DNA of 64,000 nt, taken from Acidimicrobiia bacterium. GTDB lineage: Bacteria > Actinomycetota > Acidimicrobiia > IMCC26256 > CAWATG01. Positions 8,330 through 16,353 of the stretch are shown here, in pieces. Position numbers and translations under genes: made by a program. The stretch is taken from NCBI GenBank assembly GCA_046331155.1, contig JAXLRK010000001.1, positions 1,029,335 through 1,093,334 on the forward strand. The letters are read 5' to 3'. The notes beneath the pieces were generated by a model. It was given only the letters and a program-made list of their open reading frames with translations, ran no database searches and had not been told where the DNA came from. Position 1 is the stretch's first letter; each line of letters begins with the position of its first letter.

Positions 8330-9730
8330 GTGCTCCGGCCACGAACGCTCCGGGGTCGGCTCACCGTGCTGTTCGGGGTGCTCACGGTGGTCGTCAGTGC
8401 CCTCGTCGGGCTGCTCGTCGACCAGCAGTACCGGGGTGAGCTCCGCAGCGCCCTCGACGAGGGTCTGTCCACGCGGCTCGACGCGCTCCGCCAGGAGCTG
8501 CGGGTGACCGGCGCGTCGCTCCGCCCACCCATACCCGACGACGAGGCGTTCGCGCAGGTGCTCGACAAGCGGGGCCATGTCGTCGCCGCCTCGCCGCGAG
8601 CGCTCGAGACGCGGCCGGTGTTGAGCGACCGCGACCTCGTGAAGGCCGCCCGCCGCGAGGTCACGCTCGTACGCAACGTGCCACGCTCGACGGACCGGGC
8701 CAGGCTGCGTGCCGCTCCGGCCGCCCAGCCGGGCGGCGAGGTCGTGGTCGTCGTCGGCACCTCGCTGCGCGAGACCGACCAGGCGCAGCAGCGGCTGGAG
8801 CTCGCGCTGGGGGTCGGCCTGCCGCTGCTCGCGGCGATCGTCAGCCTCGCGGGGTGGTTCCTCGCCGGCGCCGTGCTGGCACCGGTGCGCGACCTCATCG
8901 AGGAGGCCGACACGATCTCGTCGACGGCGACGAGGGGTGAACGCAAACGCCTCTCGATCCCCGGGGGAGGCGAGGAGCTGGCCGAACTGGCGCGGCGGTT
9001 GAACGCCATGCTCGAACGGATCGAGACGGCGCTCGAGCACGAGCGCGCCTTCCTCGACGACGCCAGCCACGAGCTCCGGACGCCCATCGCCATCGCGCGG
9101 GCCGAGCTCGAGCTGGCGCGCATGCACGTGGAGGGCAGCCCCGAGACGGCGCGGGCGCTCGATTCGTCGCTCGAGGAGATCCAGCGCCTGGACCATCTCG
9201 CCACGAACCTGCTCGTCCTGGCCCGCGTGCGGTCCGCCGGCCCGCCGCCGGCGCGACCGGTCGACCTCGCCGCGGTGGCGCACCGGGCCGCCGAGGATCT
9301 CCGCCGTGTGCACGCGGACGGGGCGGTCGAGATCCTGGTCGAGGGGGCGGCGACGACGTCCGGCGACGAAGCTGCGCTCGAACGCGCGATCACCAACGTC
9401 CTCGACAACGCGGTTCGCTTCGCGCGGTCTCGCGTGTCCGTGCGCGTTGCCGAGTCCGCGGACGCGGCGACGGTCGAGGTCGTCGACGACGGGCCGGGCT
9501 TCGACGACGAGGCGGTCGTCACGGCGTTCGAGCGGTTCGCGCAGGGACCGCGCGGTCACGGCACGGCCGGCCTCGGGCTCGCCATCGTGGACGCGATCGT
9601 CGCCGCCCACGGCGGCCGCGTCTCCGCCGGCGACGCCGACGGCGGCGGCGCGGTCGTGCTGATCTCGTTGCCCGGCGGGCCTCGTGCACCCTCGCGGCCT
9701 CCGGCGGCCGGCGCGGTGCCGTGGGCGTGA
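8330..9730 (+). CDS. Sensor histidine kinase (HAMP-HisKA-HATPase)
   Basis: 466 aa. One N-terminal TM, a second TM plus HAMP, H-box SHELRTPIAIA, N/G boxes (DNAVRFA, DDGPGF, GLGLAIV). Starts 1 nt after the RR stop. Confidence 0.92.
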   Translation: MLRPRTLRGRLTVLFGVLTVVVSALVGLLVDQQYRGELRSALDEGLSTRLDALRQELRVTGASLRPPIPDDEAFAQVLDKRGHVVAASPRALETRPVLSDRDLVKAARREVTLVRNVPRSTDRARLRAAPAAQPGGEVVVVVGTSLRETDQAQQRLELALGVGLPLLAAIVSLAGWFLAGAVLAPVRDLIEEADTISSTATRGERKRLSIPGGGEELAELARRLNAMLERIETALEHERAFLDDASHELRTPIAIARAELELARMHVEGSPETARALDSSLEEIQRLDHLATNLLVLARVRSAGPPPARPVDLAAVAHRAAEDLRRVHADGAVEILVEGAATTSGDEAALERAITNVLDNAVRFARSRVSVRVAESADAATVEVVDDGPGFDDEAVVTAFERFAQGPRGHGTAGLGLAIVDAIVAAHGGRVSAGDADGGGAVVLISLPGGPRAPSRPPAAGAVPWA

Positions 9731-9810
9731 GCGGCGGTCTCGCCGGCGCGGGGGCCCGGGTCGCAGGCGTGGGGGCCTGATTCGCGGGCGCGGCGCGTCG
9801 GCCCGGTACC

Positions 9811-11706
9811 GTGATGGCGACGCGCCGGCCCCCGGAGTGCTCATCTCGCTCTCATGGGCGAGGGGTCACGATGGCGTCGAGCCGATCGGCGACCGGGCCG
9901 ACCGTGCGGGGAGCTCCCATGGTGTCCACCTCGACCGACCAGCCCACCCCGAGCCTTCGCCGGCGTTGGCTGACACCGAAGCGCCAGGCGCGCCTGTTGG
10001 GCCTGGCGGTGGCCCTGGTCGGGGTCGTCAACGTGGTGTCGGCGCTGACGCCCGGGATCCGCGACCGCCTCGACTGGACGCAGGACGCGTTGACCCCCGA
10101 CGTGGCGCACCTCGCGGCCGGCGCCACCGCGCTCCTCGGCGTTGCGTTGCTGCTGCTCGGTCGCGGCCTCGCTCACCGGCGACGCCTGGCGTTCGTCGGT
10201 GCGGTCGTGCTCCTGATCTTCTCGACGTTCACGCACATCCTGAAGGGCCTCGACTTCGAGGAAGCCGTGGCTTCGCTGCTGGTCGCCGTGATGCTGGTCG
10301 CCAGCCGTCGGATCTTCACCGTCGAGACACATCCGGCTCGGTACCGCACTCTCGCCCTGCTGGTGCCCATCATCGTCGGCCTCAACGTCCTCTACGGGCT
10401 CGCGGGATTGCTGTTCGTACGCTCGCACGTGGAACCGGACCTCACCGTCGAGCTCGCGTTCCGCGAGATCGGCGCCCGCGTCGTCGGGATGACGGGGCCG
10501 CTCACCATCACCGGGAGCTTCGGTCACTGGTTCCCCGCTTCGATCACAATCCTCGGGTTCTGCAGCGTGGTGGGCATCGTGCTCGTGGCCTTGGCGCCGA
10601 TCGCCGAGCGTGTCGTCGTGCACCACTCGGAGCGTGATCGCGTCCGGCGCTTGATCAACCGCGCCGACGGCGACTCGCTCGACCCGTTCGCCTTGCGCCA
10701 CGACAAGCAGTACGTGTTCTCGGAGGACGGCACCGCTGCCGTCGCGTACCGCTACGTCAACGGCGTCGGCCTCGCGTCGGGCGACCCGGTCGGCGAGCCG
10801 GAGTCCTTTCCCGACGCGCTCGACCGCTTCATCGCGCTGTGCCAGAAGTGGGGCTGGCGTGTCGGCGTGCTCGGGGTCCGGGGTGACCGGCTCGGCTTGT
10901 ACGAGCACGCCGGCCTGCGGACCCACTACCTCGGCGACGAGGCCCTCATCGACGTGGCCGGGTTCACGCTCGAGGGACGCGCGATGCGGCCTGTCCGTCA
11001 GGCGTACAACCGGACGAAGAACTTCCACATCACCACCGAGATCCATCGTGAGGGGGAGCTCGAGCCGACCCTCCGGCGGGCGTTGATCGGGATCTCCGAC
11101 CGCCACCGTGCGGGTGCTCCCGAGCGCGGGTTCTCGATGGCGCTCGACGAGTTGCTCTCGGGGCGCGACGCGGACTGCGTCGTGGTCGTCGCCCGCGACG
11201 CCGAGGGCGCGCCGATGGCGTTCCAGCGGTACGTGCCCTGCCGGGCCGGTCGTGGCCTCTCGCTCGACGCGATGCGGCGCGACGCCATCGGGCCGAACGG
11301 CGTGAACGAACGCATGATCGTGGAGGCCGTGCTCTGGGCGAAGGAGCACGGCCTCGACTCGGTGTCGCTGAACTTCGCCGCGTTCAAGGGCCTGATCGAG
11401 GAAGGAGCCGACCGCTCGATGCTCCAGTCCGTCGAGGCGTGGTTCATCCGGCGCGTGAACCCGTACTTCCAGATCGAGACGCTGCTCACGTTCAACGCCA
11501 AGTTCCATCCCCGCTGGGTGCCGCGATACCTCGCGTACGAATCGCCGGGCGACCTCGCGCCGGTCGCGATCGCCGCTCTGTCGGCCGAGGCGTTCCTCCC
11601 GTTCGACCGGGGCCCGAGGGTCATGACGAGCGACCACCCGTCCGGCCCCGAGGACGAACCCGAGGGGGAGCCGGCCCCGTTGACCGGGAGCGGCTCCGGC
11701 CGGTAG
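9811..11706 (+). CDS. MprF-type aminoacyl-phospholipid synthase homologue (TM domain plus DUF2156/LPG-synthase C-terminal domain; no flippase or lysyl-tRNA synthetase domain)
   Basis: About 6 TM segments, followed by a cytoplasmic domain with DPFALRHDKQYVF...GDPVG...RPVRQAYNR...FQRYVP...SLDAMRR...SLNFA, typical of aaPGS C-terminal domains. The start may instead be ATG 9814 or ATG 9871. Confidence 0.85.
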   Translation: MMATRRPPECSSRSHGRGVTMASSRSATGPTVRGAPMVSTSTDQPTPSLRRRWLTPKRQARLLGLAVALVGVVNVVSALTPGIRDRLDWTQDALTPDVAHLAAGATALLGVALLLLGRGLAHRRRLAFVGAVVLLIFSTFTHILKGLDFEEAVASLLVAVMLVASRRIFTVETHPARYRTLALLVPIIVGLNVLYGLAGLLFVRSHVEPDLTVELAFREIGARVVGMTGPLTITGSFGHWFPASITILGFCSVVGIVLVALAPIAERVVVHHSERDRVRRLINRADGDSLDPFALRHDKQYVFSEDGTAAVAYRYVNGVGLASGDPVGEPESFPDALDRFIALCQKWGWRVGVLGVRGDRLGLYEHAGLRTHYLGDEALIDVAGFTLEGRAMRPVRQAYNRTKNFHITTEIHREGELEPTLRRALIGISDRHRAGAPERGFSMALDELLSGRDADCVVVVARDAEGAPMAFQRYVPCRAGRGLSLDAMRRDAIGPNGVNERMIVEAVLWAKEHGLDSVSLNFAAFKGLIEEGADRSMLQSVEAWFIRRVNPYFQIETLLTFNAKFHPRWVPRYLAYESPGDLAPVAIAALSAEAFLPFDRGPRVMTSDHPSGPEDEPEGEPAPLTGSGSGR

Positions 11707-11710
11707 CGCC

Positions 11711-12916
11711 GTGTCCGTGCCGGCACCGCATCTGCGCGACCCGGTCCGGGGGTCGGTGCTGCTCTCGGCATGGTTCTTCGCGTTGCTCGTCGCGGTGCCG
11801 TGCGCCGTGCTCGTGGGCACCGCGCTCGTCGAGTGGCGCCGCCGTCGGGCGCGCCGCGCCGGCCGTTCGGTCCGGAGCGGGTGGCAGATGGCCGTGGTTC
11901 GCGCCCTGGCGGTCGTCCTCACCCTGGTGTCGGCGTCGGCCGCGGCGCTCGACGGCGTCAACCGGCACTTCGAGTACATCCCGAGCTTCGCGGCGCTGTT
12001 CGGGCAGGTGTCGCGCGACATGGTGCCGGCGTCCGTCGCCCGCCTCGAGTCGCGCGTCGGAGGAGCCGGCCCGGGGAACAGTGTCGCAACACCGTTACCG
12101 ATGCCGCGTCACGGCGCCGTCGAGCAGGTGTCGATCGCGGGATCGGTGAGCGGGGTGGCGGCACGTACGGGATTCGTGTACCTGCCGAAGCAGTACTTCG
12201 ACCCGGCGCGACGCGGCCGCCGGTTCCCGGTGCTGTACCTCCTCCACGGATCTCCCGGTGTCGCCGCGGACTGGCTGCGCGGCGCGTTCGTGGACCAGGC
12301 GATGGACTCGTTGATCGACGCCGGCGCCGTCGCGCCGTTCATCATCGTGATGCCCGACGTCAACGGCGGGTACGCGCGCGACACGGAGTGCCAGGACATC
12401 GTGAGCGGGCCGCAGGTGCAGACGTACCTCGTGCGCGACGTCGTCGACTGGGTCGATGCCCACTACCGGACCGTCACGGACCGCGGGGCACGGGCGATCG
12501 GCGGCCTGTCGACGGGCGGCTACTGCGCGCTGAACCTCGTGCTCCGGCACCAGGACCGGTTCTCGGCGATCGTCTCGCACTCCGGCACCCTCGACCCGAT
12601 CGAGAGCGCGTATTCGGGCCGCTTGTGGGGCGGCAGCCGGAAGCTCCGGGCCGAGAACTCGCCGTCTGTCTACTTGCCCACGATCCCCATCCCGGCGCCG
12701 ATCGGGGTCTACCTCGACGCCGGTGCCGGTGACCGCGATGCCATCCGGGCCGGGCGGCGGGCGCAGGCGTTGTTCAGGCAGCGGGCCGTGCCGGTCACGT
12801 TCAACGTGGTGAGGGGGGAGGGCCACACGTTCGCCGCCTGGCGGGAGAACCTGGCGCTCTCGCTGCCGTGGGTCTCGAACTGGTTCAAGGTCCACGACCC
12901 GGTGGCCGATCAGTGA
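11711..12916 (+). CDS. Membrane-anchored putative esterase (esterase D/PF00756-like alpha/beta hydrolase)
   Basis: 401 aa with N-terminal TM segments. FPVLYLLHGSPGVAADW...IIVMPDVNGGY...GGLSTGGYCAL (GxSxG-like) ...EGHTFAAW. Starts 4 nt after the synthase stop. Confidence 0.85.
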   Translation: MSVPAPHLRDPVRGSVLLSAWFFALLVAVPCAVLVGTALVEWRRRRARRAGRSVRSGWQMAVVRALAVVLTLVSASAAALDGVNRHFEYIPSFAALFGQVSRDMVPASVARLESRVGGAGPGNSVATPLPMPRHGAVEQVSIAGSVSGVAARTGFVYLPKQYFDPARRGRRFPVLYLLHGSPGVAADWLRGAFVDQAMDSLIDAGAVAPFIIVMPDVNGGYARDTECQDIVSGPQVQTYLVRDVVDWVDAHYRTVTDRGARAIGGLSTGGYCALNLVLRHQDRFSAIVSHSGTLDPIESAYSGRLWGGSRKLRAENSPSVYLPTIPIPAPIGVYLDAGAGDRDAIRAGRRAQALFRQRAVPVTFNVVRGEGHTFAAWRENLALSLPWVSNWFKVHDPVADQ

Positions 12917-12983
12917 GACGGGCCCTTGCGGACGCCGGTGGGCGTTTGCATCGGGTTCGCAGATCCACCAGAATGGACGGACC

Positions 12984-13034
12984 ATGAAGACGGCCACCGA
13001 ATCCCTCGGCACCACCATCCTCGTAGTTACCTAG
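12984..13034 (+). promoter_or_regulatory. ilvB leader peptide ORF (MKTATESLGTTILVVT) of a transcription attenuator
   Basis: 16-codon ORF with a consecutive Ile-Leu-Val-Val run. The hairpin AGCGCACGG/CCGTGCGCT (13033-13063) overlaps its stop, and an intrinsic terminator follows before ilvB. Confidence 0.75.
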
Positions 13035-13068
13035 CGCACGGCGCCCCGCCGCGTCCGTGCGCTTCCCG

Positions 13069-13094
13069 CCCCTCGCCGCAGCGAGGGGTTTTTT
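13069..13094 (+). terminator. Intrinsic terminator of the ilvB attenuator
   Basis: Stem CCCCTCGC (13069-13076) / GCGAGGGG (13081-13088), loop CGCA, followed by TTTTTT (13089-13094). It lies 42 nt upstream of the ilvB ATG. Confidence 0.8.
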
Positions 13095-13135
13095 CTGTCC
13101 CGAGATCGGCAGCATCCCCACTGGGAGCGAACACG

Positions 13136-14860
13136 ATGAAACTCACCGGAGCCCAGGCCCTGATCAAGAGCCTCGAGATGGAGGGGACGGAGGTCATGTT
13201 CGGCCTCCCGGGAGGCGCGATCCTCCCGGTCTACGACCCGCTCATCGAGTCCTCGATCCGTCACATCCTCGTGCGCCACGAGCAGGGCGCGGGCCACATG
13301 GCCGAGGGGTACGCCCACGTCACCGGCAGACCCGGCGTCGCCATGGTCACCAGCGGTCCGGCGGCCACGAACATCGTGACCCCGCTGTGCAACGCCTACA
13401 TGGACTCCACCCCGCTCGTCGTCGTCACGGGGCAGGTGCCGTACGCGGTCATCGGGACCGACGCGTTCCAGGAGGCGGACACCGTCGGCATCACCATGCC
13501 GGTCACGAAGCACAACTGGCTCGTGACGGACGCCAACGACATCCCCGACGTGATCCGCGAGGCGTTCCACGTCGCGACGACCGGCCGGCCCGGCCCCGTG
13601 CTCGTCGACGTGCCGAAGGACGTGTCGAACCAGCAGATGGACTGGCACTGGCCCGAGTCCGTGGACCTTCCCGGCTACAAGCCGTACTCGAAGGGGCACC
13701 CGAAGCAGATCAAGGAGGCGGCGCGGCTCGTCAACGAGTCGCAGCGGCCCGTGATCTACGCGGGCGGCGGCATCCTCAAGGCGCGCGCTGCGCAGACGTT
13801 GCGGCAGCTGGCCGAGCTCACGGGCGCGCACGTCGTGACGACGCTGATGGCGCGGGGCGCGTTCCCCGACGACCACCCGCTGTGCCTCGGCATGCCCGGC
13901 ATGCACGGCAACTACACCGCGATCACCGCGATGCAGCAGGCGGACTTGCTCATCACCCTCGGCGCCCGGTTCGACGACCGCGTCACCGGCAAGGTCAGCG
14001 CGTTCGCGCCCGACGCCAAGATCATCCATGCCGACATCGACCCGGCCGAGCTCGGCAAGGTCCGCCGCCCGGACGTGCCGATCGTGGGCGACTGCCGCCT
14101 CGTGATCGAAGAGCTGGTGAAGGCGGTCAGGGTCGAGCAGGGGAAGAAGGCGAAGCCGGACCTGTCCGCGTGGGACGCGCAGATCGACCAGTGGCGGCGC
14201 GACTTCCCGTTGCGATACGAGCAGAGCCAGGACGGCGGGCCGCTCAAGCCGCAGTTCGTCGTCGAGTGCCTGCGCGACAACACGCCCGACGACACGATCG
14301 TCACGGCGGGCGTCGGCCAGCACCAGATGTGGACGAGCCAGTACTGGAAGTTCAACCACCCGTACACGTTCGTGAACTCGGGTGGTCTCGGCACGATGGG
14401 CTTCTCGGTGCCCGCCGCGATCGGCGCCAAGGTCGGCATGCCCGACCGGATGGTCTGGTCGATCGACGGCGACGGCTGCTTCCAGATGACCGCGCAGGAG
14501 CTGGTGACGGCGTCGGCCGAGCGCATCCCGGTGAAGGTCGCCATCCTCAACAACGCGTACCTCGGGATGGTGCGCCAGTGGCAGGAGCTCTTCTACGAGG
14601 AGCGCTACAGCGAGGTGTACCTGTCGCCCGACCTGCCCGACTACGTGAAGTGGGCCGAGGCGATGGGCTGCGTCGGGTTCCGGGTGGAGACGCCCGAAGA
14701 CGTCGTGCCGACGATCGAGAAGGCCAACGAGATCGACGACCGGCCCGTCGTCGTCGACTTCCGGACCGACTACCGGGAGAAGGTGTACCCGATGGTCGCG
14801 GCCGGCACGTCGAACGACGACGTGATCATGGGCCCCGAGTTCGGCGAAGGCGGCCGGTGA
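13136..14860 (+). CDS. ilvB: Acetolactate synthase (acetohydroxy-acid synthase) large subunit
   Basis: MKLTGAQALIKSLE...HEQGAGHMAEGYA...GLGTMGFSVPAAIGAK...IDGDGCFQM, the ThDP-enzyme signature. The ATG is preceded by GGGAG. Confidence 0.95.
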   Translation: MKLTGAQALIKSLEMEGTEVMFGLPGGAILPVYDPLIESSIRHILVRHEQGAGHMAEGYAHVTGRPGVAMVTSGPAATNIVTPLCNAYMDSTPLVVVTGQVPYAVIGTDAFQEADTVGITMPVTKHNWLVTDANDIPDVIREAFHVATTGRPGPVLVDVPKDVSNQQMDWHWPESVDLPGYKPYSKGHPKQIKEAARLVNESQRPVIYAGGGILKARAAQTLRQLAELTGAHVVTTLMARGAFPDDHPLCLGMPGMHGNYTAITAMQQADLLITLGARFDDRVTGKVSAFAPDAKIIHADIDPAELGKVRRPDVPIVGDCRLVIEELVKAVRVEQGKKAKPDLSAWDAQIDQWRRDFPLRYEQSQDGGPLKPQFVVECLRDNTPDDTIVTAGVGQHQMWTSQYWKFNHPYTFVNSGGLGTMGFSVPAAIGAKVGMPDRMVWSIDGDGCFQMTAQELVTASAERIPVKVAILNNAYLGMVRQWQELFYEERYSEVYLSPDLPDYVKWAEAMGCVGFRVETPEDVVPTIEKANEIDDRPVVVDFRTDYREKVYPMVAAGTSNDDVIMGPEFGEGGR

Positions 14861-14994
14861 GACGAAGCGGAGGCCTGGCCGGAGGCCGGGTGGCCGGAGC
14901 GGAGCTCGAACTGAGGAGGGTGAGACGAAGCGGAGGCCTGGCCGGAGGCCGGGTGGCCGGAGCGGAGCTCGAACTGAGGAGGCAAGACCGATGA
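14857..14994 (+). repeat. 63-bp perfect tandem duplication (14857-14919, 14920-14982) plus a 12-nt tail, forming a 45-codon mini-ORF bridging ilvB and ilvN
   Basis: GTG 14857 overlaps the ilvB TGA 14858-14860. The frame stays open through both units ((VRRSGGLAGGRVAGAELELRR)x2 QDR), and its TGA 14992-14994 overlaps the ilvN ATG 14991. The 3' end GAGGAGGCAAGA matches the tail of family A copies. Confidence 0.9.
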
Positions 14995-15527
14995 CCGACG
15001 GATTTTCGCAGCATCACATCTTCGGCGTGCTGGTGGAGAACAAGTTCGGCGTGCTGTCGCGCGTCGCCGGGCTGTTCTCCCGGCGCGGCTTCAACATCTT
15101 CTCGCTGGCGGTCAGCCCGACGGAGGACGAGCGGTTCTCGCGCATGACGATCGTCGTCGACGCCGAGTCCGCGCCGCTCGAGCAGGTCACGAAGCAGCTC
15201 AACAAGCTGATCCCGGTGATCAAGATCGCCGAGGTCGCGCCGGGCGAGGGCATCGAGCGCGAGCTCATGCTCGTGACGGTCAAGGCGACGGCCGAGTTCC
15301 GCTCGCAGGTCACCGAGCTGGCCGCGATCTTCGACGCCAAGATCGTCGACGTGGGCTTCGACGCGCTCACGCTCACCGTGACCGGTCCGCCCGACACGCT
15401 CGACACGCTGCTCGACCTGCTCCGTCCCTACGGCATCGTCGAGTCGCAGCGCACCGGCCGGATCGCGCTGCCGAAGCTCCAGCGCCAGGCCCCGAAGCTC
15501 CGTTCGGTGAAGCCCAAGAGCGCGTAG
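14991..15527 (+). CDS. ilvN: Acetolactate synthase small (regulatory) subunit
   Basis: 178 aa. ACT domain HIFGVLVENKFGVLSRVAGLFSRRGFNI. Confidence 0.95.
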   Translation: MTDGFSQHHIFGVLVENKFGVLSRVAGLFSRRGFNIFSLAVSPTEDERFSRMTIVVDAESAPLEQVTKQLNKLIPVIKIAEVAPGEGIERELMLVTVKATAEFRSQVTELAAIFDAKIVDVGFDALTLTVTGPPDTLDTLLDLLRPYGIVESQRTGRIALPKLQRQAPKLRSVKPKSA

Positions 15528-15530
15528 CCG

Positions 15531-15713
15531 ATGTCGGTCCGGCCGCCGGCGGTGATCGCGTGCGTCGACTGCGGGGGCGAGTGCCACCTGTTGACGAAGC
15601 CGGCCGAGGACGGCTGGGTGGTCGGCGAGATCGTCAGCTACCGCTGCGTCGACTGCCTCGACCGCTGGGACGTCGAACTTTCGGACGACGACCGCGAGGA
15701 AGGCGGTAGATGA
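15531..15713 (+). CDS. Small four-cysteine (CxxC...CxxC) zinc-ribbon-like protein
   Basis: 60 aa with near-saturated GC3. Contains CVDCGGEC and CVDC pairs. ATG lies 3 nt after the ilvN stop. Confidence 0.65.
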   Translation: MSVRPPAVIACVDCGGECHLLTKPAEDGWVVGEIVSYRCVDCLDRWDVELSDDDREEGGR

Positions 15714-16075
15714 GGGTCCCGATCACCTGCAACGCGGAGGTGCGGCTCTTCGGGTGGCTCGCCGGGATGATCGCACCCGCGTGTTGGGTCGAAGTCGACG
15801 GCGACGTGCTGCGGGCCCAGATGGGGCCGGCCTGCCGGGCCGACATCCCGCTCGCCGCCATCGCCTCGGCCCGCCGGCGAGGCTGGCACTGGTGGTACGG
15901 GTACGGCGGCCGGATCTACGGCCGCAAGGGCGTCGGCTTCGTCGGGACAGGACGGGGAGTGGTCGAGCTCGAGCTGTCGAAGCCGGTCACGGTGCGGGTG
16001 CTGTGGCGCAAGTCCTGCACTCGGTTCGCGGTGTCCGTCGAGGACCCCGACGCGTTCGCGACCCTGATCCAGTGA
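15710..16075 (+). CDS. Hypothetical protein
   Basis: 121 aa with high GC3. ATGA overlap with the upstream small gene. No family recognised from memory. Confidence 0.6.
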   Translation: MRVPITCNAEVRLFGWLAGMIAPACWVEVDGDVLRAQMGPACRADIPLAAIASARRRGWHWWYGYGGRIYGRKGVGFVGTGRGVVELELSKPVTVRVLWRKSCTRFAVSVEDPDAFATLIQ

Positions 16076-16097
16076 TCGTAGCAAATCTGCTACGATC
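16074..16097. promoter_or_regulatory. Perfect inverted repeat GATCGTAGCA-AATC-TGCTACGATC, candidate antitoxin operator
   Basis: 10-bp arms with a 4-bp spacer, ending 5 nt before the antitoxin GTG (16103) and overlapping the upstream stop codon. Confidence 0.55.
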
Positions 16098-16102
16098 CGG
16101 CT

Positions 16103-16351
16103 GTGGAACCCCTCCGTGACATCCCCCAACGAGAGCTGCGCAACCACGTGAGCCGCGTGCTGCGCGAGGTCGAGGCGGGCCGGAGCTTTCGGGTCACCGT
16201 CGACGGGAGGCCTGTCGCCGAGCTGCGCCCAGTCTCCTCGCGACGGACGTTCGTCCCGCGCGACGTGATCGAGCGGATCATCCGCGAGGCGCCGCTCGAC
16301 GCCAACTTCATGCGGGACATCGAAGACGCCCTCGATCAGACGATCGACTGA
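16103..16351 (+). CDS. Type II antitoxin, Phd/YefM-like
   Basis: 82 aa. The N-terminus RELRNHVSRVLREVEAGRSFRVTVDGRPVAEL is the Phd/YefM fold signature. It sits directly upstream of a PIN toxin. Confidence 0.85.
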   Translation: MEPLRDIPQRELRNHVSRVLREVEAGRSFRVTVDGRPVAELRPVSSRRTFVPRDVIERIIREAPLDANFMRDIEDALDQTID

Positions 16352-16353
16352 GC

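Noticed and set aside
14857-14982. Possible CRISPR array (also considered for the 9-bp, 16-bp and 19-bp tandem repeats)
   Set aside because: The repeats are directly adjacent with no unique spacers. There are only 2-6 units, no cas genes, and the unit sizes do not fit CRISPR.
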